From assembly GCA_036490295.1 (NCBI GenBank), contig DASXED010000160.1:1343-65342 (forward strand): a stretch of DNA of 64,000 bases. Reading direction: 5' to 3'. Both the position numbers and the translations under genes were made by a program. This document shows positions 55,901-61,019 of the stretch, in pieces. The notes beneath the pieces were generated by a model that was given only the letters and a program-made list of their open reading frames with translations, did no database searches and was not told the DNA's origin. The stretch's first letter is position 1. Every line of letters begins with the position of its first letter. The DNA comes from Verrucomicrobiia bacterium (GTDB lineage: Bacteria > Verrucomicrobiota > Verrucomicrobiia > Limisphaerales > UBA11358).

Positions 55901-56459
55901 GCCGGAGGTCTTTCAATTTTATTTCGCCGCTTTTGCCATCGGCAAATTTTCCGGCCAGTTCCAATTTTTGGATGAATTCCAGAAATGCGCTCCGGCTTTG
56001 GTCGAAATCAAATGTCGTCCACGGCAACGTCACGGATTGCCATTCGCCGTTGCCAGTCACAGAACAACTTGCACGACTGGCGGAAATATATTCCTGTCGC
56101 GGCTCTTCCGGCGGTGTGGCAATGGTCGCCTGCAATTTCAATGTGCGTCCGCGCGGCGCAAGAATTTTTATTTGCAAACCGTAAAAGCCGCGCCAGTCGT
56201 GCGTGCTGTCATTCTCCTGTCGAAAGCCAAAAAAATACCAGCCCTTCGTCCCCCGCGGATATTCAAAAACAGCTTTGTTTTCCAAATTCCAAGTCGCCAC
56301 GCCGTTGGCGGATTTCAAATTATTCCATCCAGAAAAATCTTTTCCGCCAATTTCAAGCCACGGCGAAATTCCCGTTTCCGACTGCGCGACAGCAGAAATC
56401 GCCGCCAGACACAAAATGGCGAATTGAGTTGCGCGGAAAAAATGCAAAAGGTGTTTCAT
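52911..56459 (-). CDS. Secreted heparinase II/III-like polysaccharide lyase, 1182 aa
   Basis: Start moved to ATG 56459 (signal MKHLLHFFRATQFAILCLAAISAVAQS), overlapping the upstream stop (TGATG). The track start at 56717 lies inside the upstream gene. Heparinase II/III C-terminal motif GGFHGHFDRASLDSISRYGHSFW...AHNMVVVD. Confidence 0.75.
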   Translation of the reverse strand: MKHLLHFFRATQFAILCLAAISAVAQSETGISPWLEIGGKDFSGWNNLKSANGVATWNLENKAVFEYPRGTKGWYFFGFRQENDSTHDWRGFYGLQIKILAPRGRTLKLQATIATPPEEPRQEYISASRASCSVTGNGEWQSVTLPWTTFDFDQSRSAFLEFIQKLELAGKFADGKSGEIKLKDLRLVRAPVIFLDAPVKGKSTAIGGTATYIVTVGNCSDAPQNIILNFKKYGWETMMASVEPARLTLSPGETKNCVVSVSLPKNGIARGGHETQTLLATANGISPAKLKFITARDLSRPGILLTAQGWDKVRDKVAKYDWAKTRQQEFVDAAESWQVPEVATPEQRARDPQGHPYVFWVTEFKKLSQTASAWQLTRNTNYAEKVALFLRRLADEKTGYPSTFAAVSEGEPQEGENWQIIAIAYDEILDANVLSTADRDSIEHTFRLYLQTVETILDVGNIGNWNVAADTAALFCSLAMGDLSAANRYLYGPCGFEDYVTKGIMDDGWWWEGSTSYNFWVASELTQSALACKPWGIDLLHREFPANFSPDTIIAPWALNPPYGISFEKWGPNHRNTRSIKQLWDAVPSVADYRGVAFGMNDGHEEQIGGSRMELAYYAFRDPAYVPLIKASGQRDLIYGVPDLPEAVNKPYLQSGVAENLGFALLRSQTTNRPPREQIQAVFKIGTQGGFHGHFDRASLDSISRYGHSFWNPESIWWGYGNFMYKFFVQNSVAHNMVVVDQKQQEAVPSSQLLFYSGKMMQVSAQETDARWSDPPYGGMVYDAQSSGGASADLPAMMKRNRQSFPLVTDRKWGELGPFSDRILQRRLGIVTDDYIVIADYLKGQQMHTFDNLFQMKGFQGLEAMDKKFLHHDAQFNSDPRSSAQFITGCDWYQAGAPAVAKFLIQNGRGEENQHNEPGVLKMDVHSLWPTQQEIMLAQPPEELGNEQWVKYEVSADGKILAQGESGVWILGAVNLDVPVANAKELAIKLTVDGGKRKALFLANARLVTADGKELPLDVQPTVENIEAPAKSGEDYYGGPIKIAGELVTNAIPAQPLNEKNPAAIHILLAGKKAVHFKATLGGDYPFGNESERRKVFAIRSQGTEARFLTVLEPYEDKPMVKSAVALSADKLRVELADGRVQEITIKNLDGDDKNISAEITEEKDSQIVRCESSAAAAIVSP

Positions 56460-58852
56460 CACGAAATGGAAATGCTTTGCGGCAGTTGCAGTGGACGAAA
56501 ATGCCACGCTTTGACGCGCGTATTTTTTGGCGCATCGTCGGCGTCGGCAAAATTCTTTTTGCCGGTGAATTGGTCGGGGCTGATGACGTGATGGTCGCCC
56601 GCGAAATAATGATGCGGGCCAAAATAATTGAATCCATTTGGAATCAATTCCAATTGCAGCGTGTGAATTCCCTTTTTGATTTTCGCGGCGATTTTCCAGT
56701 CCGGTCCCCAAACCCAACCCAAGTCCGCGCCGTCCAACGTCACGCGCGCGGCGTCGGCTCTGATTTCGTCAAGCTGAATGAAATTGGTCGCACGCGCGGT
56801 TTTGAAAACGGTTTCCGCAATCAACGGCGAATTTAAAAACGGAAAACCGGCTTGAACCAAATCACCGTCAATTCTTCCATCCAGCGGCGCGAGAAAAAAG
56901 GGGCCGCGCGTCGCAATTGTTCCATTTTGTCCGGCTGTGAATTTTGCGCGGCTGAACACGCGAAATTTTCCGCGCAGCCAGACGAACGGCGACGTTACAT
57001 TTTCTACGCAGTGAAAATGAAGTTTGTTGATGGATTTGATTGGCAATTGTCCCAAACGGCCGATCGTTCCATTTTTGCTTCGGGATAAATGCACAGAATT
57101 GCCGTTGAACGTGAATTCGGTGATTGCATCCGCAAAAAAAACTTCGAGCGGCTTGCCAGCGGAAAATTTCGTTGCGCATGAAAATTCGCAGGTAAACCAG
57201 CCGTCCAATTCGCGTTTCGGCTCCAGCAAAAGCGCGTTGACGCAACCGGGCAACAGCGACCATTTCACAACTACAGATACTATAGTCGCAGGCGTCTGAA
57301 TTATTTTTGTTTCACGCGGCTGGATTTGAATTTCTTCCGTGAATCGCGTTCTGGTTTGTTCCAACAGATGAAGACCTTTTTCATTCAATCGCGCGCCGTC
57401 GGCCACAATAACGTTTTTATAGACACAATTCCCGATCCGCAAACCTTGGCCGTCTTGAACGCCATGGGCTTCAAGCGTCCGTTCGTCGGTGAGATGATAG
57501 GGCATTCCTGCATCATAAAGTTCCTGCACTTGTTCGAGGAAGCGACGATTTAGTTTCCCTGTAAAGCTGTCGGGATAGGTGGTGGCGTTGTGGACGTTTG
57601 TTTGCAAAAATTCCCGTGGTTCGTAATGCGCCATGATGCCGCGAAACGGTGCAATGACCAGCGTGTCGGCGGGCGGCGGCGGATTTTTCTGCAATTCCTC
57701 ACGCACGCGTCGCAGCAATTCGGAATACGCCGCCGACCAATTCAAATGCAGCGGCTGTGACGGCGGCCAATCGCGAATGGCGGCGCTGGTCAATTGATAC
57801 TGGCTCAAGTGCAAAACAAAATCCGTGAGTCCATGACGTCCGAGCCACAGAAGATAACGTTCCAAATCCTCCGGCGTCGCACCCCAGCCTGCCCCGCCGA
57901 ACGCCTCGACCATGCAATGGGCATCGCCGAATTGCTGCGCGCTCGATGAGGCTTGGCGCGGATAAAAATGGTTCGACGGAAAACGTTCCAGCGCGTCAAT
58001 GCCCGGCAGCGAGAGGTTGCGGAAAAATTGGGAGCACGAGCCGGAAGTCGGGACTTGAAACAGCGGATGCTCCTCGCCTTTGACGTGCGCGGTGAAAAGT
58101 TTGCCGTGGCGTTTGCACCAGTCGTTGATCGGCGCGGTGAACGATTCGTTGAAAATGTCCGTCAGCAGTTCCCAAAATTGAACCCGCGTTTCTTCAAAAT
58201 TATCGCCGGAGAAAAATAATTTTGGAATCAGCGGCAGCAAATCCTCGCCGTGACGCTGGCGGAAAAGTTCCGGCAAATTCGGCGTCCACGGAATCGCGCC
58301 GTGCTTTGAAAGTGAATTATAAGCGTGACCGAGGCCGAATTCAGGTTCGTCGCAAAAAATAGTTTCAACGTGCTGCCACGCTTCGGGCGCGAGTCCGGTG
58401 CGATAGCGTTCGTGCGTGAGTTCGAGAAAATGCCGCGTCAAATCTGGATTAAAATAATCCACGCCCGCGCCGATGCGTTCGGCAAGAAACCATTTTATCC
58501 CGTCATGTTCAAATTCACAAAGACAGCGCTCCGGTTTTTCCGTCACGAGTTCCGCCCGGCGTTGCGCGTCGTTTGGAAACTTTTTCAATAATTGCCCGCC
58601 AACCGTTCCGCTCGGCCAGCCGTCCTCGTCGTAAATCCAAAACGCGAGACCGATGGATTTTGCGTGGAGAATTGCATCGGAAACTTGTTTCAAATAATCA
58701 TCGCTCAAATAAGGCGGATCATTCGGATAAAAACGCGGATGAAAAACCACGCCGTCGAGTCCAACGGCCTTGAATTGATCCAGTTGCCGGCGCAAACGGC
58801 TTTGATCGAGCGCGCCGTTGATGGCCCAGAATGTGTAAAAAAGTGGAGTCAT
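56459..58852 (-). CDS. Cytoplasmic putative glycoside hydrolase, 797 aa (TIM-barrel N-terminus plus beta-sandwich domains; family not assignable by eye)
   Basis: FWAINGALDQSRLRRQLDQFKAVGLDGVVFHPRFYP...IGLAFWIYDEDGWPSG resembles the N-terminal barrel of several large GH families. It is the first gene of the 15-gene array. Confidence 0.7.
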   Translation of the reverse strand: MTPLFYTFWAINGALDQSRLRRQLDQFKAVGLDGVVFHPRFYPNDPPYLSDDYLKQVSDAILHAKSIGLAFWIYDEDGWPSGTVGGQLLKKFPNDAQRRAELVTEKPERCLCEFEHDGIKWFLAERIGAGVDYFNPDLTRHFLELTHERYRTGLAPEAWQHVETIFCDEPEFGLGHAYNSLSKHGAIPWTPNLPELFRQRHGEDLLPLIPKLFFSGDNFEETRVQFWELLTDIFNESFTAPINDWCKRHGKLFTAHVKGEEHPLFQVPTSGSCSQFFRNLSLPGIDALERFPSNHFYPRQASSSAQQFGDAHCMVEAFGGAGWGATPEDLERYLLWLGRHGLTDFVLHLSQYQLTSAAIRDWPPSQPLHLNWSAAYSELLRRVREELQKNPPPPADTLVIAPFRGIMAHYEPREFLQTNVHNATTYPDSFTGKLNRRFLEQVQELYDAGMPYHLTDERTLEAHGVQDGQGLRIGNCVYKNVIVADGARLNEKGLHLLEQTRTRFTEEIQIQPRETKIIQTPATIVSVVVKWSLLPGCVNALLLEPKRELDGWFTCEFSCATKFSAGKPLEVFFADAITEFTFNGNSVHLSRSKNGTIGRLGQLPIKSINKLHFHCVENVTSPFVWLRGKFRVFSRAKFTAGQNGTIATRGPFFLAPLDGRIDGDLVQAGFPFLNSPLIAETVFKTARATNFIQLDEIRADAARVTLDGADLGWVWGPDWKIAAKIKKGIHTLQLELIPNGFNYFGPHHYFAGDHHVISPDQFTGKKNFADADDAPKNTRVKAWHFRPLQLPQSISIS

Positions 58853-59095
58853 TTTTGATAACCGTGCAGGCTGATTTTAGAGGCGGGTTGATGAAGCCGC
58901 TAGATTCTAATTTGATTTTATTCGGACGGGCATCGCCCGGCGAACGCTTTTCCCCCGGTGTTCGCGGACTTCCAAATTTTTCCCTGATTGGAGGTAGGGT
59001 TTCACCCCATATCCAAAAAAGCGAACTCAATGGATATTGGCATGAATTACAGTCGCCATCGAAGCCAAACATTGCGCTGAATTCGCCATACTGAC

Positions 59096-59665
59096 ATGAA
59101 AAAAAAATCAACCGCGCTGTCACAACGATATATGGCGGCGTTGGGAAAACATTTGAAGCAAGGCCCGCAGGCGAGTTTGCAGCCGGCGCTGGGGCTTGGC
59201 CGCGAGGCGGCCGCCCTTGGGCTGAAAACTTTGGAACTGGCGCGGATTCACGATCAGGCGCTCGCCACGCTGGAATTATCGAAAATTAAAAACGGGTTCA
59301 CAAAGCTTGCCGGGATTTTTTTTGCCGAGGCCAACACCCCGATTGAGGAAACCCATCGCGCCGCGCGGCGGGACAATGTCCACCTGGTCCGGTTGAAGGA
59401 AAAATTGGGGCAGCGCACGGAGGAACTGGCCGTCTCCAACCGCCAGTTGCAACGCGGCATCGCCCGGCGCAAGGTCATGGAGGACGCCTTCGAGAAAACC
59501 GGGCGGCACCACAACAAATGCCTGGAGGAATCGCTTCGGTTGCAAAAACGCCTGCGGCTGCTGACGCACCGGGTCATGGCGGCGCAGGAGGATGTCCTCG
59601 CTCTGGCTCAAGCCAACCATGCGCGCGACGAGCGCGGTCGCCGACGCCAGATGATCCGGCGTTAA
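59096..59665 (+). pseudogene. 5' fragment of a sensor histidine kinase gene (RsbU_N-like N-terminal domain plus coiled coil), truncated just before the HisKA_3 phospho-acceptor helix
   Basis: LSQRYMAALGKHLKQGPQASLQPALGLGREAAALGLKTLELARIHDQAL is the RsbU N-terminal-domain pattern. NRQLQRGIARRKVMEDAFEK...LRLLTHRVMAAQED is the linker that normally continues ...AQEEERKRISRELHDE. Here it continues VLALAQANHARDERGRRRQMIRR, which is the antisense of the neighbouring fragment. Confidence 0.55.
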
Positions 59666-60619
59666 CGGCAGTCCCTTCGTATCAAGGTAATTGATGGTGA
59701 TGTCGCCGTCCGGTTGAATCACAATCGGCTTGGCGTCCGGCTCGACCGTCTGCGTGTAGATGCCGTATGAAAGCCCTTCCTCGATGATGACGGTGTAGGC
59801 GTAATAATTTTCCGTCTGCGAAAGCAGGTCGCAAATCGTCACGGACTTGCCCGTTCCGCTCATGCCAATCAAAACCGCGTGTTGCGGGGATTGATTGCCA
59901 GCGGAGCCGGAGAAAGTTTTGATGCCGACAAGATTTTGGTTCGGGCCTTCGTAAATCGCCTCGGCTGAATCAAGGTGGCCGGTGAACGTAGAGGCAATCG
60001 GCAGCATATCGGCGATGTAGCGGTTTTCGCCGTAAAGTTTCCGCGAGTTGTATCTGCTCCACGTCCAACCCGGCCATGTCTGGAAAAATAATTTTTTGGA
60101 AGTGCTGGGCAGCGTGCTTTCCGCATACTGCGCGGAATTCATCGAATTGATGGCGTTCTTGATGGCGGTCGTTTTGGCAATCAGCCCTTCCTTGCTTTTG
60201 TCCCAAGTCCGAATTGCAAACAAGACTTTGAACGGAATCGTATGCCCCTGCATCAGCGCGGCGATTTTCTTTTGCTTTTTGTCCATTACGGTCAGGAGCG
60301 AAAGCTTTTTCTCGCTGGCATAATCGCCGGCAATGCGGTCGTGTTCCTTTTCCTCCTTATTGATTTCCTTGCGGACGGAAAGCGGGTCGAGATTCACCGT
60401 GATGGTGTAGTCGAGCAACCGCAAGCTGGTGAGCCGATGGATGATTCCTGGGTAAGTCATCTTCGGCCAGCGCGACAAGGCGATGATGGAATGGTAACGG
60501 CCATCCATGAAGAAACCGAAATCAGCTTGTCCAGCGCCCTCGCTGTGCCAGCAATTTTCCTGAACGGAAAGTTGCGGATCAAAACCCTCAATCGGGTCGT
60601 AGTCGAACCGTTCGGCCAA
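59593..60619 (-). pseudogene. Internal fragment of a VirB4/TrbE/TraC-family conjugative type IV secretion ATPase
   Basis: Walker A HAVLIGMSGTGKSVTICDLL followed by VIIEEGLSYGIYTQTV..PIVIQPDGDITINYLD matches the family pattern D.G.SY......gg..i.......NP. The region upstream of the P-loop is collinear with the VirB4 middle region. The first ~200 aa and the whole Walker B/C-terminal half are absent. The ORF-track extension 59276..59592 is antisense read-through of the kinase fragment. Confidence 0.55.
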
Positions 60620-61019
60620 GGGATGATCCTCGACTTGAGTGGCGTGGAAGTCGTGCCCGAAGAAATCAAGCCGGTTGCCAGCAGCAGTCCGGCCAGACCT
60701 GTCTTTGAAACAGCCGTTTCAACGGTATTGTTGCCGGTTCGTATTGGGTTGGATGTCCTTTTCGGCGGTCAAAACACCTGTGTCGCTCCTCCGACGTATG
60801 TTGCGAACGCCGCTCCGAGTCCAACTTACTACGTTAATTCTTGGCCGTCAGTTCCGGCAAATCAATCGCGGAATTATTACTACGGGAATGTGCAGCCCAG
60901 CTATTACGCGCGGCCTGTTTATCAAGTTCACTACATCGCTCAACCGATTTTTCATCAATCTCCCGTTTGCCGCTACCGTTGAACCCATAAAAACAACAAT
61001 TCATCTCAAACCTATCTTT

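Noticed and set aside
56460-56717. N-terminal 86-codon extension of the 52911..56717 ORF
   Set aside because: The extension overlaps the upstream gene and is Arg-rich. The internal ATG at 56459 gives a canonical signal peptide and a TGATG stop/start overlap.
59276-59592. C-terminal ~105 codons of the 447-aa minus ORF and the last ~25 codons of the 189-aa plus ORF
   Set aside because: Each is the antisense read-through of the other gene fragment. Family similarity stops at about 59592 in both directions.
60635-60982. Tyr/Pro-rich reading frame (...APPTYVANAAPSPTYYVNSWPSVPANQSRNYYYGNVQPSYYARPVYQVHYIAQPIFHQSPVCRYR), possibly a ~115-aa gene from TTG 60635
   Set aside because: There is no convincing start, RBS or family. 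The frame-0 ORF of the downstream gene is also open across the same DNA. It is left unannotated and could be another gene fragment at the island edge.
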